Assembly: GCF_036321535.1 (NCBI RefSeq)
Contig: NC_087436.1
Span: forward strand, 3,658,001 to 3,722,000
Length of the DNA: 64,000 bases
Source: Camelus dromedarius
Lineage: Eukaryota
Direction: 5' to 3'
Positions 38,801-52,800 of the stretch are shown piece by piece (position 1 is the stretch's first letter; every line of letters starts with the position of its first letter). The position numbers and the translations under genes were made by a program. Under the pieces are notes generated by a model. It was not told where the DNA came from, made no database searches, and saw only the letters and a list, made by a program, of their open reading frames with translations.

Positions 38801-40860
38801 GTTCATCTAGCACAAAGGGAACGGGATGCAGGTGAAACTTTTACTCAGGTTTCTCAGTCTGTTTCCTACTGCCGGTTTGAAGTTCCTGCAGTTTTCACTG
38901 TAAAACCGAGTTAGAGCTTGTACCTCCCCATATATATGTATGGAGTGGAGTTTGCAACTGAAAAGAAACTTTGTGTTCCCAACAACCTAGATGAAGTACG
39001 GCTTTCACACACACTTATCTCTCAGAAAAGAGCATGTGGAGAGACATTCGTTCATCTAGCACAAATGGAACGGTTTGCAGGAGAAACTTTTACTCTGGTT
39101 TCTCAGTCTGTTTCCTATTGCCAGTTTAAAGTTCCTGCAGTTTTCACTGTAAAACCGAGTTGGAGCTTGTACCTCTCCTTATAATTGTATGGAGTGGAGT
39201 TTGCTCCTGAAAAGAAACTTTGTGTTCCCAACAAGCTAGGTGAAGGACGGTTTTCACACACACTTATCTCTCAGAACTGAGCATGTGGAGAGACTTTCGT
39301 TCATCTAGCACAAAGGGAACGGGTTGCAGGAGAAACTTTTACTCTGGTTTCTCAGTCTGTTTCCTAGTGCCAGTTTGAAGTTCCTGCAGTTTTCACTGTA
39401 AAACCGAGTTGGAGATAGTACCAACAATTATATATGTATGGAGTGGTGTTTGCAACTAAAAAGAAACTTTGTGTTCCCAACAAGCTAGTTGAAGGACGGC
39501 TTTCACACACACATATCTCTCAGAACTGAGCATGTGGAGAAACGTTCGTTCATCTAGCACAAAGGGAAAGGGTTGCAGCAGAAACTTATACCCTGTTTTC
39601 TCAGTCTTTTTCCTAGTGCCGGTTTGAATTTCCTGCAGTTTTCACTGTAAAACCGAGTTGGAGATAGTACCTCCCCATATATATGTATGGAGTGGAATTG
39701 GCAACTGAAAGCAAACTTTGTGTTCCCAACAAGCTAGGTGAAGGACGGCTTTCACACACACTTATCTCTCAGAACTGAGCATGTGGAGAGACGTTCGTTC
39801 ATCTAGCACAAATGTAACGGGTTGAAGGAGAAACTTTTACTCTGGTTTCTCAGTCTGTTTCCTAGTGACGATATGAAGTTCCTGAAACTTTCTCTGTAAA
39901 ACCGAGTTGGAGCTAGTACCTCCCCATATATAGGTATGGAGTGGAGTTTGCAACTGAAAAGAAACTTTGTGTTCCCAACAAGCTAGGTGAAGGACGGCTT
40001 TCACACACACTTATCTCTCAGAACTGAGCATGTGGAGAGACGTTCGTTCATCTAGCAAAAAAGGAAAGGGTTGCAGCAGAAAATTGTACTCTGGTTTCTC
40101 AGTCTGTTTCCTAGTGCCGGTTTGAAGTTCCTGCAGTTTTCACTGTAAAACAGATTTGGAGCTAGGACCTCCCCATATATATGTATGGAGTGGAGTTTGC
40201 AACTGAAAAGAAACTTTGTGTTCCCAACAAGCAAGGTGAAAGACGGCTTTCACTCACACTTAACTCTCAGAACTGAGCATGTGGAGAGACGTTCTTTCAT
40301 CTACCACAAAGGGAACGGTTTGCAGGGGAAACTTTTTCTCTGGTTTCTCAGTCTGTTTCCTAGTGCCGGTTTGAAGTTCCTGAAGTTATCACTGAAAAAC
40401 CGATTTGGATCTAGTACCTCGCCATATATATGTATGGAGTGGAGTTTGCAAGTGAAAAGAAACTTTGTGTTCCCAACAAGCTAGGTGAAGGACGGCTTCC
40501 ACACACATTTATCTCTCAGAACTGAGCATGTGGAGAGACGTTCGTTCATCTAGCACAAAGGGAACGGTTTGCAGGAGAAACTTTTCCTCTGGTTTCTCAG
40601 TCTGTTTCCTAGTCCCGGTTTGAATTTCCTGCATTTTCACTGCAAAACCGAGTTGGAGCTAGTACCTCCCCATATATATTTATGGAGTGGGGTTTGCAAC
40701 TGAAAAGAAACTTTGTGTTCCCAACAAGCTAGGTGAAGGACGGGTTTCACACACACAATTATCTCTCAGACATGAGCATGTGGAGAGACGTTCGTTCATC
40801 TAGCACAAAGGGAACGGGTAGCAGGAGAAACATTTCCTCTGGTTTCTCAGTCTGTTTCCA
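29900..40860. repeat. HOR domain C: one 14-mer (3483 bp) followed by 12-mer units (2986 bp, about three near-identical copies)
   Basis: Near-identical chance ORFs at 32587/35573/38559, 32946/35932/38918, 34080/37066/40052 and 31971/34957/37943 are all offset by 2986. Pairs 30597/34080 and 30730/34213 are offset by 3483. Confidence 0.92.
30267..30363 (+). other. Representative copy of a 97-nt imperfect inverted repeat present in the monomer consensus
   Basis: Nested arms: gttccc/gggaac, gctaggtgaa/ttcatctagc, ggacg/cgttc, ctttc/gagag, aca/tgt, with innermost ctcag-aa-ctgag. Pairing was worked out by hand and no folding energy was computed. Confidence 0.7.
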
Positions 40861-43800
40861 AGTGCCGGTTTGAAGTTCCTGCAGTTTTCACTGTAAAACC
40901 GAGTTGGAGCTTGTACCTCCCCATATATATGTATGGAATGGAGTTAGCAACTGAAAAGAAACTTTGTGTTCCCAACAAGCTAGGTGAAGGACGGCTTTCA
41001 CACACAGTTATCTCTCAGAACTGAGCATGTGGAGAGACGTTCATTCATCTATCACAATGGGAACGGTTTGCAGGAGAAAATTTACTCTGGTTTCTCAGTC
41101 GGTTTCCTAGTGCCTGTTGGAAGTTCCTGCAATTTTCACTGTAAAACCGAGTTGGGGCTAGTACCTCCCCATATATATGTATGGAGTGGAGTTTGCAAGT
41201 GAAAAGAAACTTTGTGTTCCCAACAAGATACGTGAAGAACGGCTTTCACACACAAATATCTCTCAGAACTGAGCATGTGGAGAGACGTTCTTTCATCTAG
41301 CACAAAGGGAACGGGTTGCAGGAGAAATATTTACTCTGGTTTGTCAGTCTGTTTCCTAGTGCCGGTTTGAAGTTCCTGCAGTTTTCACTGTAAAACCGAG
41401 TTGAAGCTAGTACCTCGCCATATATATGTATGGATTGGAGTTTGCAACTGAAAAGAAACTTTGTGTTCCCAACAAGCTAGGTGAAGGACGGCTTTCACAC
41501 ACACTTATCTCTCAGAACTGAGCATGTGGAGAGACTTTCGTTCATCTAGCACAAAGGGAACGGGTTGCAGGAGAAACTTTTACTCTGGTTTCTCAGTCTG
41601 TTTCCTAGTGCCGGTTTGAAGTTCCTGCAGTTTTCACTGTAAAACCGAGTTGGAGATAGTACCAACAATTATATATCTATGGAGTGGTGTTTGCAACTAA
41701 AAAGAAACTTTGTGTTCCCAACAAGCTAGTTGAAGGACGGCTTTCACACACACATATCTCTCAGAACTGAGCATGTGGAGAAACGTTCGTTCATCTAGCA
41801 CAAAGGGAAAGGGTTGCAGCAGAAACTTATACCCTGTTTTCTCAGTCTTTTTCCTAGTGCCGGTTTGAATTTCCTGCAGTTTTCACTGTAAAACCGAGTT
41901 GGAGCTAGTACCTCCCCATATATATGTATGGAGTGGAATTGGCAACTGAAAGCAAACTTTGTGTTCCCAACAAGCTAGGTGAAGGACGGCTTTCACACAC
42001 ACTTATCTCTCAGAACTGAGCATGTGGAGAGACGTTCGTTCATCTAGCACAAATGTAACGGGTTGAAGGAGAAACTTTTACTATGGTTTCTCAGTCTGTT
42101 TCCTAGTGACGGTATGAAGTTCCTGAAACTTTCACTGTAAAACCGAGTTGGAGCTAGTACCTCCCCATATATAGGTATGCAGTGGAGTTTGCAACTGAAA
42201 AGAAACTTTGTGTTCCCAACAAGCTAGGTGAAGGACGGCTTTCACACACACTTATCTCTCAGAACTGAGCATGTGGAGAGACGTTCGTTCATCTAGCACA
42301 AAGGGAACGGTTTGCAGGAGAAACTTTTCCTCTGGTTTCTCAGTCTGTTTCCTAGTCCCGGTTTGAATTTCCTGCATTTTCACTGCAAAACCGAGTTGGA
42401 GCTAGTACCTCCCCATATATATTTATGGAGTGGGGTTTGCAACTGAAAAGAAACTTTGTGTTCCCAACAAGCTAGGTGAAGGACGGGTTTCACTCACACA
42501 ATTATCTCTCAGACATGAGCATGTGGAGAGACGTTCGTTCATCTAGCACAAAGGGAACGGGTGGCAGGAGAAACATTTCCTCTGGTTTCTCAGTCTGTTT
42601 CCAAGTGCCGGTTTGAAGTTCCTGCTGTTTTCACTGTAAAACCGAGTTGGAGCTTGTACCTCCCTATATATATGTATGGAATGGAGTTAGCAACTGAAAA
42701 GAAACTTTGTGTTCCCAACAAGCTAGGTGAAGGACGGATTTCACACACAGTTATCTCTCAGAACTGAGCATGTGGAGAGACGTTCATTCATCTATCACAA
42801 TGGGAACGGTTTGCAGGAGAAAATTTACTCTGGTTTCTCAGTCGGTTTCCTAGTGCCTGTTGGAAGTTCCTGCTATTTTCACTGTAAAACCGAGTTGGGG
42901 CTAGTACCTCCCCATATATATGTATGGAGTGGAGTTTGCAAGTGAAAAGAAACTTTGTGTTCCCAACAAGCTACGTGAAGAACGGCTTTCACACACAAAT
43001 ATCTCTCAGAACTGAGCATGTGGAGAGACGTTCTTTCATCTAGCACAAAGGGAACGGGTTGCAGGAGAAATATTTACTCTGGTTTGTCAGTCTGTTTCCT
43101 AGTGCCGGTTTGAAGTTCCTGCAGTTTTCACTGTAAAACCGAGTTGAAGCTAGTACCTCGCCATATATATGTATGGAGTGGAGTTTGCAACTGAAAAGAA
43201 ACTTTGTGTTCCCAACAAGCTAGGTGAAGGACGGCTTTCACACACACTTATCTCTCAGAACTGAGCATGTGGAGAGACGTTCGTTCATCTAGCAGAAAGG
43301 GAAGAGTTTGCAGGAGAAACTTTTACTGTGGTTTCTCAGTCTTTTTCCTACTGCCGGGTTGATGTTCCTGCAGTTTCCACTGTAAAACCGAGTTGGAGCT
43401 AGTGCCTCACCATATATATGTATGGAGTGGAGTTTGCAACTGAAAAGAAACTTTGTGTTCAAACAAGATAGGTGAAGGACGGCTTTCACACACACATATC
43501 TCTCAGAACTGAGCATGTGGGGAGACGTTCGTTCATCTAGCACAAAGGGAACGGGTTGCAGGAGAAACTTTTACTCTGGTTTCTGAGTCTGTTTCCTAGT
43601 GCCGGTTTGAAGTTCCTGCAGTTTTCACTGTAAAACCGTGTTGGAGCTAGTACATCCCCATATATATGTATGGAGTGGATTTTGCAACTGAAAAGAAACT
43701 TTGTGTTCCCAACAAGCTAGGTGAAGGACGGCTTTCACACACACTTATCTCTCAGAACTGAGTATGTGGAGAGAATTTCATTCATCTATCACAAAGGGAA

Positions 43801-46800
43801 TGGATTGCAGGAGAAAATTTACTCTGGTTTCTCAGAGTGTTTCCTAGTGCCTGTTGGGAGATCCTGCAGTTTTCACTGTAAAACCGAGTTGGAGCTAGTA
43901 CCTCCCCATATATATTTATGGAGTGGGGTTTGCAAGTGAAAACAAACTTTGTGTTCCCAACAAGCTAGGTGAAGGACGGCTTTCACACACACTTATCTCT
44001 CAGAACTGAGCATGTGGAGGGACTTTCGTTCATCTAGCACAAAGGGAACGGGTTGCAGGGGAAACTTTTACTCTGGTTTCTCAGTCTGTTTCCTAGTGCC
44101 GTTTTAAAGTTCCTGCAGTTTTCAATGTAAAACAGAGTTGGAGCTAGTACCTACCCATATATATGTATGGAGTGGAGTTTACAACTGAAAAGAAACTTTG
44201 TGTTCCCTACAAGCTAGGTGAATGACGGCTTTCACACCCACTTATCTCTCAGAACTGAGCATGTGTAGAGACGTTCGTTCATCTAGCACAAAGGGAACGG
44301 TTTGCAGGAGAAACTTTTACTCTAGTTTCTGAGTCTGTTTCCTAGTGCCGGTTTGAATTTCCTGCAGTTTTCACTGTAAAACCGTGTTGGAGCTAGTACC
44401 TCCCCATATATATGTATGGAGTGGAGTTTGCAACTGAAAAGAAACTTTGTGTTCCCAACAAGCTAGGTGAAGGACGGCTTTCACACACACTTATCTCTCA
44501 GAACTGAGCATGTGGAGAGACGTTCGTTCATCTAGCACAAAGGGAACGGTTTGCAGGAGAAACTTTTACTCTGGTTTCTCAGTCTGTTTCCTAGAGCCGG
44601 TTGGATGTTCCTACATTTTTCCGTGTAAAACCGAGTTGGAGCTAGTATCTCCCCATATATATGTATGGAGTGGAGTTTGCAAGTGAAAAGAAACTTTGTG
44701 TTCCCAACAAGCTAGGTGAAGGACGGGTTTCACACACACATATCTCTCAGAACTGAGCATGTGGAGAGACATTCGTTCATCTAGCACAAAGGGAACGGGT
44801 GGCAGGAGAAACTTTTCCTCTGGTTTCTCAGTCTGTTTCCAAGTGCCGGTTTGAAGTTCCTGCAGTTTTCAATGTAAAACCGAGTTGGAGCTTGTACCTC
44901 CCCATATATATGTATGGAGTGGTGTTTGCAACTGAAAAGAAACTTTGTGTTCCCAACAAGCAAGTTGAAGGACGGCTTTCACACACACTTATCTCTCAGA
45001 ACTGAGCATGTGGAGAGACGTTCGTTCATCTAGCACAAAGGGAACGGGTTGCAGGAGAAACTTTTACTCTGGTTTCTCAGTGTGTTTCCTAGAGCCGGTT
45101 GGAAGTTAGTGCACTTTTCAGTGTAAAACCGAGTTGGAGTTAGTACCTCCCCATTTATATGTATGGAGTGGTGTTTGCAACTGAAAAGAAACTTTGTGTT
45201 CCCAACAAGCTAGGTGAAGGGCGGCTTTCACACCCACTTATCTCTCAGAACTGAGCATGTGGAGAGACGTTCGTTCATTTAGCAGAAAGGGAAGAGTTTG
45301 CAGGAAAAACTTTTACTCTGTTTTCTCAGTCTTTTTCCTACTGCCGGGTTGATGTTCCTGCAGTTTTCACTGTAAAAAAGGGTTGGAGCTATTACCTCCC
45401 CATATATATGTATGGAGTGGTGTTTGCAACTGAAAAGATACTTTGTGTTCCCAACAAGCTAGATGAAGCACGGCTTTCACACACAATTATCTCTCAGAAT
45501 GAGCATGTGGAGAGACGTTCGTTCATCTAGCACAAATGGAACGGGTTGCAGGGGAAACTTTTCCTCTGGTTTCTCAGTCTGTTTCCTAGTGACGGTTTGA
45601 TGTTCCTGCAGTTTTCACTGTAAAACCGAGTTGGAGCTAGTAACTCCCCATATATATGTATGGAGTGGAGATTGCAACTGAAAAGAAACTTTGTGTTCCC
45701 AACAAGCTAGGTGAAGGACGGCTTTCACACACACTTATATCTCAGAACTGAGCATGTGGAGAGACGTTCGTTCATCTAGCACAAAGGGAAAGGGTTGCAG
45801 CAGAAACTTTAACTCTGATTTCTCAGTCTGTTTCCTAGTGCCGGTTTGAAGTTCCTGCAGTTTTCACAGTAAACCCGAGTTGGAGCTAGTACCTCGCCAT
45901 ATATATGTATGGAGAGGAGTTTGCAAGTGAAAAGAATGTTTGTGTTCCCAACAAGCTACGTGAAGGACGGCTTTCACACACACTTATCTCTCAGAACTGA
46001 GCATGTGGAGAGACGTTCGTTCATCAAGCACAAAGGGAAAGGGTTGCAGCAGAAACTTTTACTCTGTTTTCTCAGTCTTTTTCCTAGTGCCGGTTTGAAG
46101 TTCCTGCAGTTTTCACTGTAAAACCGAGTTGGAGCTAGAACCTCCCCATATATATGTATGGAGTGGAATTTGCAAGTGAAAAGGAATTTTGTGTTCCCAA
46201 CAAGCTAGGTGAAGGACGGTTTCACACACACTTATCTCTCAGAAATGAGCATTTGGAGAGACGTTCGTTCATCTAGCACAAAGGGAACGGGTTGCAGGAG
46301 TAACTTTTACTCTGGTTTCTCAGTCTGTTTCCTAGTGCCGGTTTGAAGTTCCTGAATTTTTCACTGTAAAACCGAGTTGGAGCTAGTACCTCCCCATATA
46401 TATGTATGGAGTGGAGTTTGCATCTGAAAAGTAACTTTGTGTTTCCAACAAGCTAGGTGAAGGACGGCATTCACACACAATTATCTCTCAGAACTGAGCA
46501 TGTGGAGAGACGTTCGTTCATCTAGCACAAAGGGAACGGGATGCAGGAGAAACATTTACTCAGGTTTCTCAGTCTGTTTCCTAGTGCCGGTTTGAAGTTC
46601 CTGCAGTTTTCACTTTAAAACCGAGTTAGAGCTTGTACCTCCCCATATATATGTATGGAGTGGTGTTTGCAACTAAAAAGAATCTTGTGTTCCCAACAAG
46701 CTAGTTGAAGGACGGCTTTCACACACACATATCTCTCAGAACTGAGCATGTGGATAAACGTTCGTTCATCTAGCACAAACGGAAAGGGTTGCAGCAGAAA

Positions 46801-49800
46801 CTTATACCATGGTTTCTCAGTCTTTTTCCTAGTGCCGGTTTGAATTTCCTGCAGTTTTCACTGTAAAACCGAGTTGGAGCTAGTACATCCCCTTAAATAT
46901 GTATGGAGTGGTGTTTGCAAGTGAACAGAAACTTTGTTTTCCCAAAAAGCTAGGTGAAGGACGGCTTTCACACACACTTATCACTCAGAACTGAGCATGT
47001 GGAGAGACGTTCGTTCATCTAGCACAAATGTAACGGGTTGAAGGAGAAACTTTTACTCTGGTTTCTCAGTCTGTTTCCTAGTGCCGGTTTGAAGTTCCTG
47101 CAGTTTTCACTGTAAAACAGATTTGGAGCTAGGACCTCCCCATATATATGTATGGAGTGGAGTTTGCAACTGAAAAGAAACTTTGTGTTCCCAACAAGCA
47201 AGGTGAAAGACGGCTTTCACTCACACTTAACTCTCAGAACTGAGCATGTGGAGAGACGTTCGTTCATCTACCACAAAGGGAACGGTTTGCAGGGGAAACT
47301 TTTTCTCTGGTTTCTCAGTCTGTTTCCTAGTGCCGGTTTGAAGTTCCTGAAGTTATCACTGAAAAACCGATTTGGATCTAGTACCTCGCCATATATATGT
47401 ATGGAGTGGAGTTTGCAAGTGAAAAGAAACTATGTGTTCCCAACAAGCTAGGTGAAGGACGGCTTCCACACACACTTATCTCTCAGAACTGAGCATGTGG
47501 AGAGACGTTCGTTCATCTAGCACAAAGGGAACGGGTTGCAGGAGAAACTTTTCCTCTGGTTTCTCAGTCTGTTTCCTAGTCCCGGTTTGAATTTCCTGCA
47601 TTTTCACTGCAAAACCGAGTTGGAGCTAGTGCCTCACCATATATATGTATGGAGTGGAGTTTGCAACTGAAAATAAACTTTGTGTTCAAACAAGCTAGGT
47701 GAAGGACTGCTTTCACACACACATATCTCTCAGAACTGAGCATGTGGGGAGACGTTCGTTCATCTAGCACAAAGGGAACGGGATGCAGGTGAAACTTTTA
47801 CTCAGGTTTCTCAGTCTGTTTCCTACTGCCGGTTTGAAGTTCCTGCAGTTTTCACTGTAAAACCGAGTTAGAGCTTGTACCTCCCCATATATATGTATGG
47901 AGTGGAGTTTGCAACTGAAAAGAAACTTTGTGTTCCCAACAACCTAGATGAAGTACGGCTTTCACACACACTTATCTCTCAGAAAAGAGCATGTGGAGAG
48001 ACATTCGTTCATCTAGCACAAATGGAACGGTTTGCAGGAGAAACTTTTACTCTGGTTTCTCAGTCTGTTTCCTATTGCCAGTTTAAAGTTCCTGCAGGTT
48101 TCACTGTAAAACCGAGTTGGAGCTTGTACCTCTCCTTATAATTGTATGGAGTGGAGTTTGCTCCTGAAAAGAAACTTTGTGTTCCCAACAAGCTAGGTGA
48201 AGGACGGTTTTCACACACACTTATCTCTCAGAACTGAGCATGTGGAGAGACTTTCGTTCATCTAGCACAAAGGGAACGGGTTGCAGGAGAAACTTTTACT
48301 CTGGTTTCTCAGTCTGTTTCCTAGTGCCGGTTTGAAGTTCCTGCAGTTTTCACTGTAAAACCGAGTTGGAGATAGTACCAACAATTATATATGTATGGAG
48401 TGGTGTTTGCAACTAAAAAGAAACTTTGTGTTCCCAACAAGCTAGTTGAAGGACGGCTTTCACACACACATATCTCTCAGAACTGAGCATGTGGAGAAAC
48501 GTTCGTTCATCTAGCACAAAGGTAAAGGGTTGCAGCAGAAACTTATACCCTGTTTTCTCAGTCTTTTTCCTAGTGCCGGTTTGAATTTCCTGCAGTTTTC
48601 ACTGTAAAACCGAGTTGGAGCTAGTACCTCCCCATATATATGTATGGAGTGGAATTGGCAACTGAAAGCAAACTTTGTGTTCCCAACAAGCTAGGTGAAG
48701 GACGGCTTTCACACACACTTATCTCTCAGAACTGAGCATGTGGAGAGACGTTCGTTCATCTAGCACAAATGTAACGGGTTGAAGGAGAAACTTTTACTCT
48801 GGTTTCTCAGTCTGTTTCCTAGTGACGGTATGAAGTTCCTGAAACTTTCACTGTAAAACCGAGTTGGAGCTAGTACCTCCCCATATATAGGTATGGAGTG
48901 GAGTTTGCAACTGAAAAGAAACTTTGTGTTCCCAACAAGCTAGGTGAAGGACGGCTTTCACACACACTTATCTCTCAGAACTGAGCATGTGGAGAGACGT
49001 TCGTTCATCTAGCAAAAAAGGAAAGGGTTGCAGCAGAAAATTGTACTCTGGTTTCTCAGTCTGTTTCCTAGTGCCGGTTTGAAGTTCCTGCAGTTTTCAC
49101 TGTAAAACAGATTTGGAGCTAGGACCTCCCCATATATATGTATGGAGTGGAGTTTGTAACTGAAAAGAAACTTTGTGTTCCCAACAAGCAAGGTGAAAGA
49201 CGGCTTTCACTCACACTTAACTCTCAGAACTGAGCATGTGGAGAGACGTTCGTTCATCTACCACAAAGGGAACGGTTTGCAGGGGAAACTTTTTCTCTGG
49301 TTTCTCAGTCTGTTTCCTAGTGCCGGTTTGAAGTTCCTGAAGTTATCACTGAAAAACCGATTTGGATCTAGTACCTCGCCATATATATGTATGGAGTGGA
49401 GTTTGCAAGTGAAAAGAAACTTTGTGTTCCCAACAAGCTAGGTGAAGGACGGCTTCAACACACATTTATCTCTCAGACATGAGCATGTGGAGAGACGTTC
49501 GTTCATCTAGCACAAAGGGAACGGGTGGCAGGAGAAACATTTCCTCTGGTTTCTCAGTCTGTTTCCAAGTGCCGGTTTGAAGTTCCTGCAGTTTTCACTG
49601 TAAAACCGAGTTGGAGCTTGTACCTCCCCATATATATGTATGGAATGGAGTTAGCAACTGAAAAGAAACTTTGTGTTCCCAACAAGCTAGGTGAAGGACG
49701 GCTTTCACACACAGTTATCTCTCAGAACTGAGCATGTGGAGAGACGTTCATTCATCTATCACAATGGGAACGGTTTGCAGGAGAAAATTTACTCTGGTTT

Positions 49801-52800
49801 CTCAGTCGGTTTCCTAGTGCCTGTTGGAAGTTCCTGCAATTTTCACTGTAAAACCGAGTTGGGGCTAGTACCTCGCCATATATATGTATGGAGTGGAGTT
49901 TGCAACTGAAAAGAAACTTTGTGTTCCCAACAAGCTAGGTGAAGGACGGCTTTCACACACACTTATCTCTCAGAACTGAGCATGTGGAGAGACTTTCGTT
50001 CATCTAGCACAAAGGGAACGGGTTGCAGGAGAAACTTTTACTCTGGTTTCTCAGTCTGTTTCCTAGTGCCGGTTTGAAGTTCCTGCAGTTTTCACTGTAA
50101 AACCGAGTTGGAGATAGTACCAACAATTATATATGTATGGAGTGGTGTTTGCAACTAAAAAGAAACTTTGTGTTCCCAACAAGCTAGGTGAAGGACGGCT
50201 TTCACACACACTTATCTCTCAGAACTGAGCATGTGGAGAAACGTTCGTTCATCTAGCACAAAGGGAAAGGGTTGCAGCAGAAACTTATACCCTGTTTTCT
50301 CAGTCTTTTTCCTAGTGCCGGTTTGAATTTCCTGCAGTTTTCACTGTAAAACCGAGTTGGTGCTAGTACCTCCCCATATATATGTATGGAGTGGAATTGG
50401 CAACTGAAAGCAAACTTTGTGTTCCCAACAAGCTAGGTGAAGGACGGCTTTCACACACACTTATCTCTCAGAACTGAGCATGTGGAGAGACGTTCGTTCA
50501 TCTAGCACAAATGTAACGGGTTGAAGGAGAAACTTTTACTCTGGTTTCTCAGTCTGTTTCCTAGTGACGGTATGAAGTTCCTGAAACTTTCACTGTAAAA
50601 CCGAGTTGGAGCTAGTACCTCCCCATATATAGGTATGGAGTGGAGTTTGCAACTGAAAAGAAACTTTGTGTTCCCAACAAGCTAGGTGAAGGACGGCTTT
50701 CACACACACTTATCTCTCAGAACTGAGCATGTGGAGAGACGTTCGTTCATCTAGCAAAAAAGGAAAGGGTTGCAGCAGAAAATTGTACTCTGGTTTCTCA
50801 GTCTGTTTCCTAGTGCCGGTTTGAAGTTCCTGCAGTTTTCACTGTAAAACAGATTTGGAACTAGGACCTCCCCATATATATGTATGGAGTGGAGTTTGCA
50901 ACTGAAAAGAAACTTTGTGTTCCCAACAAGCAAGGTGAAAGACGGCTTTCACTCACACTTAACTCTCAGAACTGAGCATGTGGAGAGACGTTCGTTCATC
51001 TACCACAAAGGGAACGGTTTGCAGGGGAAACTTTTTCTCTGGTTTCTCAGTCTGTTTCCTAGTGCCGGTTTGAAGTTCCTGAAGTTATCACTGAAAAACC
51101 GATTTGGATCTAGTACCTCGCCATATATATGTATGGAGTGGAGTTTGCAAGTGAAAAGAAACTTTGTGTTCCCAACAAGCTAGGTGAAGGACGGCTTCAA
51201 CACACATTTATCTCTCAGAACTGAGCATGTGGAGAGACGTTCGTTCATCTAGCACAAAGGGAACGGTTTGCAGGAGAAATTTTTCCTCTGGTTTCTCAGT
51301 CTGTTTCCTAGTCCCGGTTTGAATTTCCTGCATTTTCACTGCAAAACCGAGTTGGAGCTAGTACCTCCCCATATATATTTATGGAGTGGGGTTTGCAACT
51401 GAAAAGAAACTTTGTGTTCCCAACAAGCTAGGTGAAGGACGGGTTTCACACACACAATTATCTCTCAGACATGAGCATGTGGAGAGACGTTCGTTCATCT
51501 AGCACAAAGGGAACGGGTGGCAGGAGAAACATTTCGTCTGGTTTCTCAGTCTGTTTCCAAGTGCCGGTTTGAAGTTCCTGCAGTTTTCACTGTAAAACCG
51601 AGTTGGAGCTTGTACCTCCCCATATATATGTATGGAATGGAGTTAGCAACTGAAAAGAAACTTTGTGTTCCCAACAAGCTAGGTGAAGGACGGCTTTCAC
51701 ACACAGTTATCTCTCAGAACTGAGCATGTGGAGAGACGTTCATTCATCTATCACAATGGTAACGGTTTGCAGGAGAAAATTTACTCTGGTTTCTCAGTCG
51801 GTTTCCTAGTGCCTGTTGGAAGTTCCTGCAATTTTCACTGTAAAACCGAGTTGGGGCTAGTACCTCCCCATATATATGTATGGAGTGGAGTTTGCAAGTG
51901 AAAAGAAACTTTGTGTTCCCAACAAGCTACGTGAAGAACGGCTTTCACACACAAATATCTCTCAGAACTGAGCATGTGGAGAGACGTTCTTTCATCTAGC
52001 ACAAAGGGAACGGGTTGCAGGAGAAATATTTACTCTGGTTTGTCAGTCTGTTTCCTAGTGCCGGTTTGAAGTTCCTGCAGTTTTCACTGTAAAACCGAGT
52101 TGAAGTTAGTACCTCGCCATATATATGTATTGAGTGGAGTTTGCAACTGAAAAGAAACTTTGTGTTCCCAACAAGCTAGGTGAAGGCGGCTTTCACACAC
52201 ACTTATCTCTCAGAACTGAGCATGTGGATAGACGTTCGTTCATCTAGCAGAAAGGGAAGAGTTTGCAGGAGAAACTTTTACCGTGGTTTCTCAGTCTTTT
52301 TCCTACTGCCGGGTTGATGTTCCTGCAGTTTCCACTGTAAAACCGAGTTGGAGCTAGTGCCTCACCATATATATGTATGGAGTGGAGTTTGCAACTGAAA
52401 AGAAACTTTGTGTTCAAACAAGATAGGTGAAGGACGGCTTTCACACACACATATCTCTCAGAACTGAGCATGTGGGGAGACGTTCGTTCATCTAGCACAA
52501 AGGGAACGGGTTGCAGGAGAAACTTTTACTCTGGTTTCTGAGTCTGTTTCCTAGTGCCGGTTTGAAGTTCCTGCAGTTTTCACTGTAAAACCGTGTTGGA
52601 GCTAGTACATCCCCATATATATGTATGGAGTGGATTTTGCAACTGAAAAGAAACTTTGTGTTCCCAACAAGCTAGGTGAAGGACGGCTTTCACACACACT
52701 TATCTCTCAGAACTGAGTATGTGGAGAGAATTTCATTCATCTATCACAAAGGGAATGGATTGCAGGAGAAAATTTACTCTGGTTTCTCAGAGTGTTTCCT

